This document shows, piece after piece, positions 25,957 to 37,402 of a DNA stretch of 64,000 nucleotides (positions are counted from its first letter, which is position 1; each line of letters begins with the position of its first letter). The notes beneath the pieces were generated by a model, which saw only the letters and a program-made list of their open reading frames with translations, made no database searches and was not told where the DNA came from. The translations under genes and the position numbers were made by a program. The stretch comes from Chiloscyllium plagiosum (Eukaryota). The DNA lies in contig NC_057718.1 of the NCBI RefSeq assembly GCF_004010195.1, positions 72,142,071 through 72,206,070 of the forward strand. The letters run 5' to 3'.

Positions 25957-26554
25957 TACCAGTGACTGTGACATGTAAAATAAAGTATACATTACTGAAA
26001 TTCACAAAATACTTAGAGGTCCTTTCCTATTTATGTAAATTTACTATTTACAAAGCTGAAACCAAGCTCCTCGCCAATTGGAATTGTGCAACAGCTTCAA
26101 ATGCCTCTATTTAATTATGGTTAGTCATATCTATAACTACAATGATTTCCTTTATAAAAAGGCTAAGAAAACACTGCAAATTCTAATACATAACCATCAT
26201 TAAATTCTGGCAGGTGAAGCTTCTTATTTGGAATGTTTCCTCCCCTTTGCAAATATTTAAATTGTTTCAGTCCCACTTGGAACATTATTCAAGTAACTAG
26301 TGAATGCCACATTTGCTGAAGTGTGATATATCACAGCAAATGTGCCTATTCCAAGAAATGCTTTTCACCTATTGAGCCAGAGATCGAGAAAAATGTAATA
26401 TTGAGTTACTAGGGAAAACCTTGAGAGCAGGAAAAAAATCATCTTTGCCAAAAAACTGACTTTTTTTGTGAAAAGGACTGAAATAGGTATGTTAATGATT
26501 AATTGTTACTTTTGACAATGTGGTTCCTTTAGGAAATGCAGAAAAAGTGCTTAC

Positions 26555-26589
26555 CATTCAATAAGAACTCCTTTTAAGACATTAACCAT
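26555..26589 (-). CDS. GTF2H5: GTF2H5 first coding exon (MVNVLKGVLIE-C); exon probably starts near 26632
   Basis: Reverse complement ATGGTTAATGTCTTAAAAGGAGTTCTTATTGAATG|GTAAGC; phase-2 junction joins the 22792 exon as TGT (Cys); candidate acceptor TTAACTTTCTGTGCAG. Confidence 0.96.
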
Positions 26590-27494
26590 TTTTCAAGAGC
26601 CTCTGATATCATCAAATTGCATACGAACTAGACTGCACAGAAAGTTAATCCTTCAGAGCTAAAGAACATCAGAGACAAAATTTAAACATTATAAAGGTGT
26701 AGTACTTGATTCCTAACAGGGAACATAAAACAGTTATTAATTCATATGTACAAAAATTACATAATACAAGACTGCAGGGTAACCACGTCCTCTCCATTCA
26801 TACTCAATGTGATGACGTTCATCATGCATCCATCTTTCACATAAATCTCCCAATCAAGCCAAATGTACACTGTACTGATTTATATATGCTATAAACAAGG
26901 CAATTCACCACAAATGGGCTTCACCAGCACACGATTTAGACCTGCGTTATTCAAATTGTTGTATGAAATACTCAAAGCACAGCTATACGGCTAGGTTTAA
27001 TTTTCATAGTTCAAGTGCATATAGCGAGCATGGTGAAAGATTCATTCATGCTTTTCTCATATGCATATTTGTTTCAGCAATAACTTTATTCATTTTATTT
27101 GCATGGGGCAGACATTTGCCAATGTCTGATTGAATGATGACAGTCGGTGCAGAGGAGTCCACTGGCGCAGCAGGGGACAACACGTGCAAAGCGGCACTAA
27201 AGGGCAGCATTTAAAGAGTGGGAGGTTAGCAGCTGATGGCCACTAAGAGGAGCTTCACCACTTCATTGATGGGTTCAGGAGAGAACTCCTCATCTCGTGA
27301 CTCACAAAGAGCATTAAAAGTATTTAGGGGTTGGTGTTATCACTGGACCAGTAATTCAGCATCCCAGGCCCATGTTCCGAAAGAAAGGGTATAAGTTGTA
27401 TAAAAAGGTATGGTGATACTTAAACTCGATAAAAACAGGAATTAAACACTGGTTTAATGATTGCCATATTGACAAACATCATATAAACATCATA

Positions 27495-28530
27495 CCATTG
27501 ACAACAGGTACAAGAGTAGGCCATTTGGCCCAGAGAAATTGCTCTGCCATTCATCATGATCACAGTATATTCTCCTCCTCGACACCGTAGCCCTGCTCGC
27601 TACCTAGATTGCGTGTCTAGAATTCCATTTATTCCTTTTAAATATATTTAGTAACCTGACCCAACCATCTTATTTGGTCGAGAATTCCACATACTCATCA
27701 CTCTGAGTGAAAGTGAATTCTCCATCTCAGTTCTAAATCTGTACTCTGACACCATGACCCCTTCTTCTAAATGCCTCCAACCAGAGGGACCATCACTGCA
27801 TCCAGTCTTATCTTCACCGGTCAGAATTTTATATGTTTCAGAGTGATCCCTTCTTATTTTCTCTCCCAAATCTAATAAGTATACCTAGTTGACCTGATCT
27901 CACCTCATGCGACAAACTTATCAGCCCAGTAATCAACCTGGTGAACCCTCAGTGAACTCCCTCTCATGACAAGTCCAAGATTTCTTCAGTAGAAAGACCA
28001 AAACAGCATTCAATACAGCAGGTGTGATCTCATGAAGCTGAAAATGTGTTGCTGGAAAAGCGCAGCAGGTCAGGCAGCATGCAAAGAGCAGGAGAATCGA
28101 CGTTTCGGGCATGAGCCCTTCTTCAGAGCTGCAGTTGCTTGTATAGAATGGTTGCTCTTGCACTCAAATACTCCTGCAGTGAAGACTAACATACTATTTG
28201 CCTTTCTAACTAATTGTTGCACCACTATACTTGCTTTCAGTGACCAGTATACAGTACAAAGATAACCAGACCTCTTTGCACATCAACATTTTCCCATTTA
28301 AATAATACCCTGCCTTTTTGTTTTTCCTATCTAAGTGCTATCTAAGTGGGATAACTTCACACTTATCCACATCATACTGCATCTGCCATGTGTTAATCCA
28401 TTAAATCAATTTGTCTAAAACCCCTTGACAAGTCCTCCTCAAAATTCACAATTCCACTCAGTTTTATGTCATCTGCAAACCTAGAAATGTTAGATTTAAC
28501 TCACTCATCACATAATTGGCATGTACATGT
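27495..28530 (-). mobile_element. Old CR1 3' fragment
   Basis: Degenerate RT C-terminus (ETYKIL; FADD-like at ~28470) and 3' UTR. Confidence 0.6.
28041..28126 (-). mobile_element. Hammerhead mini element with intact core
   Basis: Reverse complement CTGAAGA-A-GGGC-TCAT-GCCC-GAAA-C-GTC-GA; AGCTG repeated on both sides. Confidence 0.75.
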
Positions 28531-28535
28531 ATTCT

Positions 28536-30150
28536 GGGAGAAAGTGAATACTGCAAGTGCTGGAGATCAGAGTCGAGAAGTGTGACATTGGAAAAGCACT
28601 GCAGGTCAGGCATCATCTGCGCTGCTGGAGAGTTAACATTTTGGGCATAGACCCTTCATCAGTAATGTTGGGCGGGGGCGGGGGGGGGGGGGGGGGGATT
28701 CTGGGATGAGGTGGGAAGAAGGAAGAATAGGAAACTGGGGAAATAGACATTGATGCCATGTGGTTGGAAAGTCCCAAGGTGGAAGATGAAGCATTCTTTC
28801 ACCAGGCGAAAGTGAGGACTACAGATGCTAGAGCTCAGAATCGAGAGCGTAGTGCTGGAAAAACACAGCAGGTCAGACAGCATCCCAGGAGCAGGTGAAT
28901 CGACGTTTCAGGTATAAGCCCTTCACCAGGTGTCAGGTGGCTAGGATTTTTCAGTGGAGGCGGCCCAGGACTTACATGTCCTTGATGGAGTGGAGGGGGA
29001 ATTGAAGTGGTCGGCCACAGGGCGATGGGGTTGTTTGGTTCGTGTATTCCAGAGATTAGATTAAATTACCTGCAGTGTGGAAACAGGCCCTTTGGCCCAA
29101 CAAGACCCTTCGAAGAGCAACCCACCCAGATATTCTCTAAAACATTCGTGAGATGGTGTCCTGTCTCCCTAATGTACAGGAGACTACATCGAGAGCAACA
29201 GACACAGTAATGAGGTACTTGGATGTGCAGGGAAATCTCTACTGGATGTAGAAGGATCCTTTGGGGCCTTAGATGGAGGTGAGGGGGTTGGTGTGGGCGC
29301 AGTTTTACACCTCTTGTGGTGGCAAAGGGAAGGTGCTGGGAGAGGAGGGTGTGTTGATGGGGGGGGGCACCTGGACCTAATGAGGAAGTTGCGAAGGGAA
29401 TGGTCTCAGTGGAATGCTGATAGGAATGGGAGTGCAATATATCTCTGGTGGTGAGGTATGGCTTAGGTAGCAGAAATGGCAGAGGATGATGCGTTGTATC
29501 TGGGGATTGGTGAGAAGGAAAGTGAGGACCGGGGGTGGTTTCTGGGGGCTGTTGTGGTTGGAAGGGTGGAGTTCAATGGTGGAGGTGCAGGAAGTAGAGG
29601 AGACGTGCTAGAGGGAATTGTTGACCACGTGCTAGGAGAAATTGTGGTCCTTGGCATTGTTGACCACATCTCCCCCCTTACGTCCATCCAAGGTCCCAAA
29701 GAATCTTTTTGCATCCAGCAGAGATTTTCCTGAATATCCAAACATCTCACCTACTGTGTCCATTGCTCTTGATGTGGTCTCCTCTATATTGGGGAGACAG
29801 GATGCCAACTCGCAGAACATTTCAAAGAACACCTCTGGCATATGCATCAAACAACCCCACCGCCTGTGGCCAACCACTTAACTCCCCCTCCCACTCCACC
29901 ATGAACATGCAAGTCCTGGGCCTCCTACATTTCCAAATTGGAGGCACCTGACACCTGGAAGAAGAAAGCCTCATCCTCTGCCTTGGGACCCTCCAACCAC
30001 ACAGCATCAAAGTTGATTTCAGTAGTTTTCTCATCTCCCTTTCTCTCATCTAATCCCAGATCCAACCCTCCAACGGGGCACTGCCCTCTTGTACTGTCCC
30101 ACCTGTCCATCTTCCTTCCTACCTGTCCAATGGACCCTCTGCTCTGACCT
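28536..30150. mobile_element. Cluster of PLE fragments in both orientations, two degenerate hammerheads and a SINE tail fragment
   Basis: GIY-YIG-like remnants (CSRCSLLYIRET); 29660-30030 is inverted relative to 28730-29300. Confidence 0.65.
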
Positions 30151-30159
30151 AACACCTCC

Positions 30160-32220
30160 CTGTGACACCACTAGTACTACCTTCTACTCTGAAAAAGACC
30201 AACTGTTCTTGTAGATTAATGGACTCAAGCATTTTAACTAACTACTGGTGTGAGACTAACCAGAATGTAATTCAGTTTTCATCTCCCTCCTTTTTTTTCC
30301 ACAATATTGAGGTTACGTTTAACACTATGCAATCTGCTGGGACTATTTGTGAATCTGTAGAATTTTAAAAGATGTCAATCAAAATATTCACTGTTTCCAT
30401 AGCTACCTCCTTTAGTCCCCATGGATGTTGATTATCAAGTTCTGGGGGGTTCATCAGCTTTCAATCCCATTAATTTCTCCAGTATATTTTTCTGGACCAA
30501 TATCAGTTAATTCCTCTTTTTCCATTGCATTTCAGATCGCACAAATAAATTTTTAAGACCAATTTGGCATGGTAGAGAAAACAAAGCAGTCTCATTGTTA
30601 TAATGTTTTGGAATGTGACTCGAATGGTTTGTGAGGTAAGTACATGGTTTGGGCGGCACAGTGGCACAGTGGTTAGCACTGCTGCCTCACAGCGCCAGAG
30701 ACCCGGGTTCAATTCCCGCCTCAGGCGACTGACTGTGTGGAGTTTGCACGTTCTCCCCGTGTCTGCGTGGGTTTCCTCCGGGTGCTCCGGTTTCCTCCCA
30801 CCATCCAAAGATGTGCAGGGTCAGGTGAATTGGACATACTAAATTGCCCGTAGTGTTAGGTAAGGGGTAAATGTAGGGGTATGGGTGGGTTTCGCTTCGG
30901 CGGGTCGGTGTGGACTTGTTGGGCCGAAGGGCCTGTTTCCACACTGTAATCTAATCTAATCTAATCTACATTAAATTTAAAATCTCATTACCTCACTTGG
31001 TCATTGCTGCAAACTCAGATACCTGATATCCTGTTTTGTCGGTTTGCATTGGTAATTGTACTGTTGTCAATTCGTGCCTCATACCTCTCTTAGAACAATC
31101 CCTTGAGATTGGATACTACATTATCTATTCAAAAATAGAATTCTACATTATGGTTTCCCTTCTCTGAAAGGGTCTCGGAAATAGATTATTAAGTAGGCCC
31201 TTCTCATTGCATGATACCAAATCTTGAACAGCCTGTTCCCAAGTTTTTCCCTTCAAATACTGATCTAAAAAAAACACTTTGCTCATACTCCAGGAATTCA
31301 TCTGCCACCATTCCATATGGTTAGTCCAGTTTCACTTACGTTTATAGTCACACTGTTATTGCATGCATTTCTAATTTCCCAGCTTACCACTACTATTTTG
31401 AGGCCTATAGACCACATCCAATAATACTTTCTGCCATTTGTTGTTCCTTCGCTCCACCCAGACTGATCCTACATCCAGATTTTCTGAGCGAACATGCTTT
31501 CTCATAAATGCACTGATTTCATCCTCTACTAGCAACATCACATCTCCCTTGGCTTTTTAAACTGCCTTTCAAAACTATTGAATAACTTCACGTAACCCTA
31601 CAGCTATATCCTTGAAACTGTAATCATACTGTATCCATTTACAACTATTTGCACTGCGAATCTTACTGCAAATATTCTACACATTCCAATACTAAAGATT
31701 TGTCTTTTTAACACTTTGAACCTATTTGCTGCTTGCCTCTGTTTACTCTGGTTTCCACTTTCACTTCCTTTTTTCTATCTTTTACTTCTAACTTTGTTTC
31801 CCTTTCTTGCATGTTCCCACTCATGCCACCTAAACATAAAACGCTCCACGCAGGGCTAATGCATGGCCCTGCAAGGATATTGGTCCTAGGCCTGTCAAGG
31901 CGCAATCTATCCAGTTTGTAAGCTTCCATACCTAATGCCTCAGAAATCTAAAATCTTCCCTCTTGCACCAACTTTTCCATTCATAAACACACCAACATGT
32001 AGCCCTGGGAGTAACCCAAAATGACTACCTTTGAGGCAGTGTTCTTGAATTTAACTCCTAGCTCCCTATGTTTTGCTTACAGGATATCATCCACCGTTTT
32101 GGACCTGGACATGAACTATACTTTCTGGTTACTCATCTTGCCCCTTCAAAATATCCTGGAACCGCTCAGTGACATTCTTGACCAGACATGAAGGAGGCAA
32201 CATACCATTCAGGCCACAAA
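30160..32220 (-). mobile_element. Highly decayed CR1 (ORF1/endonuclease region)
   Basis: Remnants such as YKLDRLRLDRPRTNILAG resemble the CR1 esterase C-terminus at 56084-56302. Confidence 0.5.
30650..30968 (+). mobile_element. Young full-length tRNA-derived SINE (HE1/V-SINE-like)
   Basis: A box GGCACAGTGGTTAGC, B box GGTTCAATTCCC, (ATCTA)n tail; near-identical to the 37089 and 59571 copies. Confidence 0.9.
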
Positions 32221-32284
32221 CGTATGCGTTTCCCTCATGACAGAATTTCATATCACTACTGCTGTTCTCTCTTCTTCCTCACAT

Positions 32285-33180
32285 TGGGCAACAATCGCTA
32301 GAAAAGAATGTTCCCTCCCAGTCAGGGAACACTTCAGCAGTCAACGGCATTCAGCCTCTGATCTTTGGATAAGTGTCCTCGAAGGTGGACTTAGAGATAC
32401 ACAACAATGCAGAATCGCCAAGCAGAAGCTGATAGTCAAGTTCCATACCCATGAAGATGGCCTCAATAGTGATTTTGGATTCATGTCGTGCTACATGTGA
32501 CCCCACCACACTTCTGAATCTGTAAAGTCTTCCTTACTGTCTTGTTTTGACAACATCACCTTGATAATTTCATAGAATCATAGAATCTCTACAGTGTGGA
32601 AACAGGCCATTTGGCCCACGAAGTCCACACCGACCATCTGAAGAGATCCTACTCAGACCCATTTCCCTACACTGTTACTTTATATTTCCCCTGACTAATG
32701 CACCTAACCTACACATCCCTGTCCACTATGGGCAATTTAGCATGGCCACTTCGGCTAACTTGCACATCTTTGGACTGTGGGAGGAAACCGGAGCATCTGG
32801 AAGAATCCCACACAGACACTGAGAGACTGTGCAGATAGTCGTCCAAGGCTGGAATTGACCCCGGGTCCCTGGCCTGTGATGCAGCTATGTTAACCACTGA
32901 GCTACCAGTTTGTACAGTTTTGAATTATTTATTGCTTTGGTTAGACTCTTGGCATGCGACTCTTATACCTATCACATTATTCCAGTCATTTAGTTTGTCT
33001 CCAGCATCACCTTTATTCTTAATTTTTTGTAATTATTTCTCTACCTCATTTAATGAGATTATAAGTCATCCCTTCGGTGGTTATTCACCTGTTAACACTT
33101 TACTCACCATCTAACACTCTTGGTCACCTACAGAGACTTATTATCTGATACTCCACTCACACCAGTTATATGATCAATGA
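32285..33180 (+). mobile_element. PLE GIY-YIG C-terminal fragment and 3' region, interrupted by a SINE
   Basis: ECSLPVREHFS...KLIVKFHTHEDGLN matches 39020-39210. Confidence 0.7.
32573..32908 (-). mobile_element. tRNA-derived SINE
   Basis: Similar to the other SINE copies. Confidence 0.8.
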
Positions 33181-33194
33181 TCTTGCCGCTAAGA

Positions 33195-33829
33195 TATTAA
33201 AAGAGTTAATTTGTTCTACTGACCTGCAAGAAATTGAATGCCTGGGGGTAAGGCGGTGTGTCTTTGTCTTATAGGTGGAATGTGGGAGGTTTACATGGCC
33301 ATTTCCTTGCCACTCAGGGATGATTTACATTTTAATCCAGAAATCAATAAGAATATTACAGTTGGATTGTGACTACTCCCCTATAGATACAAAAACACAG
33401 TTTCCAACAGATGAGACCATAAAGGGATGATTTGCATTACATTATTTCTGGAGGTGGGCTGGAATGTAACTATGAGGGGATGGCTGAGGGTTGTCTTGTG
33501 GGTAGTTGAAACTTTATTGCTGGAACAGCACAGCAGGTCAGGCAGCATCCAGGGAACAGGAGATTCGACGTTTCGGGCACAGGCCCTTCTTCAGGAAACT
33601 TGTCTTGTGGGTAGTACTAACTGTGATGTTGAGAGTTTAGTATAAAGGACAGACTGTTTTCCTTGTTTAGAGAGAGCATTTGCCACGACCCTGTAAGCTC
33701 TCCGTTCAAGGTTTCTCCAGAAAACTTGTAATGTACTGTGCTTAATAAATTTGGTTGCTTTTTCACAGAGGTTGGTTTGTTACAGTTGCATCAAGTGTGT
33801 AAGAATCTCAAGAGTAAAACAACTTAACA
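33195..33829 (+). mobile_element. Solo LTR-like element
   Basis: TATAAA at 33641, AATAAA at ~33744, ends in AACA; patchy similarity to 12159-12778. Confidence 0.45.
33507..33599 (-). mobile_element. 93-bp hammerhead mini element with 16-bp TSD
   Basis: TSD TTGTCTTGTGGGTAGT (33491-33506, 33600-33615); reverse complement core CTGAAGA-A-GGGC-CTGT-GCCC-GAAA-C-GTC-GA. Confidence 0.85.
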
Positions 33830-34379
33830 TTGCCTGTAAACTCTTCTGTGTGGTCTTCTCTCTCACTGTGCCTGAAGGGCTGTACTCAAAGCTTATGATT
33901 TCAGATAAACCTGCTGGACTATAACCTGGTGTCATGTGACTTCTGACTTTGTCCATCACAGTGCAGTACTGGTACCTCCACATCCTCATAACACCGACAA
34001 CTCTGCACGGCACAGCCACTTGTGGTGCTACAGACTTTGCAGACCAAAAGAACATGTGCACATAGTGCATCTTTTTCAACTCAATTGAACAGGCGACAGC
34101 CATTCTATTGTTCATTTCACAGACTAATCAAAGTCAACCAAAATTCCTGGTTTGAGATTTACACAAAACTTAGTTAACTGTCAATCACCACTTTACTGGT
34201 GTATTTCCCATTGCAAAATCTGTACTAATCAGCACATTTGTTCTCATACAGTAAAATAATTGCTTCCCTACAAATTGGTATTTCTTGTGAGTTATCTTAA
34301 GGAGTGCAAAACAAAATGCATCTTTTCTCAGCAATACTCGTACAGTACTACTGAACGTAAAATTAAAACACCTCCACTA

Positions 34380-35040
34380 CAATTCTCAAAGGATCACAGA
34401 GAAGTCCTTTGCTGAATCTGACTTTCATGTTTGAATTCGGGCATCTTGAACTGCTTTTCTTTTCTTTGTCCTGGTTCAATTTCATCTGGTGAGCTCTCCA
34501 GTACTGATAAGAATGTGATATGCAATGGCTTCTTCTATCATATTACTACATCAAATATCCCAATCACTTCCACTCCAGAAAAGTCAACAGCTATCTCATT
34601 CTGTATGCTTGATGATCTTCTGAAGCAGCTGAAATTCCAAACTGCATGTTCTTCTTAAATGGCATCCATAATGTTACAAGAAAATTTCTGCTTTCATCCA
34701 ACGAGAGTAGTAAAGATTTTTGCCTTGGCAAGTTGTGACAACTTCAATCTCTTCAAGATTTTATTGAAGTTCTTCTAGGTTGTTTCACCATGTTGCAGAC
34801 CAATCTGTGTCTCTTTCTTGATTCATTCCTCCTTTTCCAGCTCTGCTTAATTTTCAGGTGGACCTGAGAGCAGCCAGATCTCTCCAGATGATAAGATGGT
34901 TTCACAAGCTCATCTACTTCAAATTATTTACCAGGGTGACATCAAAGACTTGTGAAAACATTCTATTTTAGGTTCTGTTCAGCAGTCAATGGTCTGGTAT
35001 TCAGTGAAACCAAAATTACCAGACTTTAAACTTTTTCAGC
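34380..35040 (-). mobile_element. Highly decayed Ty3/gypsy reverse transcriptase fragment
   Basis: Manual translation of the reverse complement gives LDESRNFLVTLWMPF...MQFGISAASE, resembling gypsy RT (LDEES..LTTF.TPF...MPFGISSAPE). Confidence 0.6.
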
Positions 35041-35719
35041 TGGGATGAGTGGATATTGTTCATGTGTACTTACCACGAGTACAAACAGTCTCAATTTTGC
35101 CTTCAATAGCTTCTTTTTGCTTCTTGGTGCAATGGTAATGTCCCCTCCTTTGAGCCAGGAGGCTTGGGTTCAAGTTCCACCTACTCAGAGGTGTATAACA
35201 ACATCCCTGAACAGGTTGATTAGAAAACAAACACATAGCACCACTAGGAACAAATTACTGCAGACGCTGGAATCTGTACTGAAGACAACAAATGGTGGCG
35301 ATCACAGCGCCCATAGAGAGAGAGAGCAAGCTAATATTCTGAGTCTAGATGATTCTTCATCAGAGCTGAAGTAAAGTGTAGAGGGGACAGTATTTATGCT
35401 ATAGTTGGGGGAGGAAGAGTTTGGCAGGGCAGTGAAGAAAAGATGTTGGTAGTTCAGCATACACAATCAGAATGTGAGAATGGCAGAATAATGGTGTGTC
35501 TCCTGCCAGAATTGAAAGGATACTAAGTGGGATAGGAGGAAAGGGAGGATATGATAACAACCCAAAAGAAAGGGAAGTCATCTAGATTCAGATGTTAGCT
35601 TTGTTCTCTTTCCATGGATGCTGTAAGACCCTCTGTACATAGAACCAGTATCTTCCTGACACTTATCTTGACACTCTACATCTGCAGTCGTCATTCCAAC
35701 AGTCACACCATGATGTTGC

Positions 35720-36135
35720 CTGAGATGAAAAGTCTCAGTTAAGAAGAGAGACTGGATAGGTTGAGTTTGTTTTCCTTGAAGCACAGGAGGCTGAGGGGAT
35801 ATCTGATTGAAGTATACAAAATGATAAGAGGCATAGATAGCGATCATAAGAATCTTTTCCCTGCAGCAAACATGTGTAAGACCAAAAGGCATAAGTTTAA
35901 AGTGAGAAGTGACTTACAGTACATCTGATAAAAAATATTTTCAATCAGAGGGTAATAAAAATAAAGAACCCACTGCCTGAAACAGTGGTGGAGACAGGTA
36001 CTGTTGCAACACTTAAGAAGTATCTAGCACTGAAATTGCCAGGACTAGTGTATAACATGATTAGTGTAGTTTGGTGTTTGTTAGCACATGCATGGTAGAC
36101 CGAAAAGGCCGTTTCTGTGCTGTCTGACTCTATAT
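35720..36135 (+). mobile_element. Old CR1 3' end
   Basis: RRLRGYLIEVYKMIRGID and a GACTCTAT-type tail. Confidence 0.7.
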
Positions 36136-36142
36136 AACTCCT

Positions 36143-36233
36143 TCCTGAAGAAGGGCTTATGCCCGAAACGGCGATTCTCCTGTTCCCTGGATGCTGCCTG
36201 ACCTGCTGCCCTTTTCCAGCAACACATTTTCAG
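36143..36233 (+). mobile_element. 91-bp hammerhead mini element with 15-bp TSD
   Basis: TSD CTCTATATAACTCCT (36128-36142, 36234-36248); core CTGAAGA-A-GGGC-TTAT-GCCC-GAAA-C-GGC, with the cleavage triplet mutated. Confidence 0.85.
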
Positions 36234-36296
36234 CTCTATATAACTCCTGTTATCCAAGGAAGATGAAATGGAGAAAGTTCAAATTAGCATAGATCA

Positions 36297-36358
36297 GGTC
36301 AGATCTCTAGTGGGTGTCTTCACGCCCGGTCAGATCTGTAGTGGGTGTCTTCACCCCC
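36297..36358. repeat. 31-bp tandem duplication
   Basis: GGTCAGATCT(C/G)TAGTGGGTGTCTTCAC(G/C)CCC twice. Confidence 0.9.
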
Positions 36359-36541
36359 TTCCCAAACAAACCTCAAATATACTATACAATATAAAAGAAA
36401 CATCGGTTGGAAGCGACACATGTCTCGAGACAGCACGCCAATATTAACATGATTAAGGAAAGATTAGCATCACAAAAACACGCATAACTTTTACAATTTA
36501 CAGAGGTGGAGTGGGGTGATAAAAGAGGTCAATGCACAAAC

Positions 36542-36580
36542 CTGCCGGAACAACCATTTTTTTCTCTCGCAGCGCTAAGC
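36542..36580 (-). other. GTF2H5: Candidate non-coding exon 1 of GTF2H5 (5' end uncertain)
   Basis: Donor-like CAG|GTTTGT at 36542/36541, directly downstream of the promoter motif cluster. Confidence 0.5.
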
Positions 36581-36725
36581 AATCTGGGATAACACATGCA
36601 ATTCAAACACGACCAATCAGTTAACGGCACCAGGGCCTGAGTGACATTACATTGGATGGAGTCAGAGTTGCACGTTTGAGTTCGGAGTCAAAGGAAGGTT
36701 ACCTTTGATTGGGCGGACTGCGGGG
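36545..36725. promoter_or_regulatory. Probable TATA-less housekeeping promoter, possibly bidirectional
   Basis: CCGGAA (ETS-like, 36545), CCATTTT (YY1-like, 36554), ZNF143-like TCCCAGATTGC (minus, ~36579-36589), GACCAATCAG (36611), ATTGG (36651, 36708), GGGCGG (36711); locally raised CpG in non-repeat DNA. Confidence 0.65.
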
Positions 36726-37088
36726 ATAGTCAGAAGTCTGTATTTACACTTAAGTCTCCCTGGTCCTGGACTCCTTGTAGAAATATTTTTATGTTACGTC
36801 TGCAGTTTTCCTTTCAAACTCTTGTTATCTCAATTTGAGTTGTTTTGTGATGCAAATAAACACATGAATATCTAAAATGCTGCATCACTCATTACTCAAC
36901 ACCAGGTTACAATCTAGCAGGTTTAATTGGAAGCAAACAAGCTTTCGGAGCGCCGTTCCTTCAAGTGGTTGTGGAGGACGCAATTGTAAGGCACAGAATT
37001 TATAGCAAAAATTTACAGTGTGATGTAACCGAAATTATACATTGAAAAATACCTTGATTGTCTAGGAGGTAAAAGCAATGACTGCAGA

Positions 37089-37402
37089 TTAGATTAGATT
37101 ACTTTACAGTGTGGAAACAGGCCCTTCGGCCCAACAAGTCCACACCGACCCGCCGAAGCGTAACCCACCCATACCCCTACATTTACCCCTTACCCAACAC
37201 TACGGGCAATTTAGCATGGCCAATTCACCTGACCTGCACATCTTTGGACTGTGGGAGGAAACCGGAGCACCCGGAGGAAACCACACAGACACGGGGAGAA
37301 CGTGCAAATTCCACACGTTCAGTCGCCTGAGGCGGGAATTGAACCCGGATCTCTGGCGCTGCGAGGCAGCAGTGCTAACCACTGTGCCACCGTGCCGCCC
37401 AC
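37089..37402 (-). mobile_element. Young tRNA-derived SINE inserted in a hammerhead mini element (37068-37502)
   Basis: Near-identical to the 30650 copy; the flanks rejoin to the element seen at 38139-38240. Confidence 0.88.

Noticed and set aside
30650..30725. tRNA genes at SINE heads
   Set aside because: A/B boxes are present but run into the SINE body and tail in every copy.
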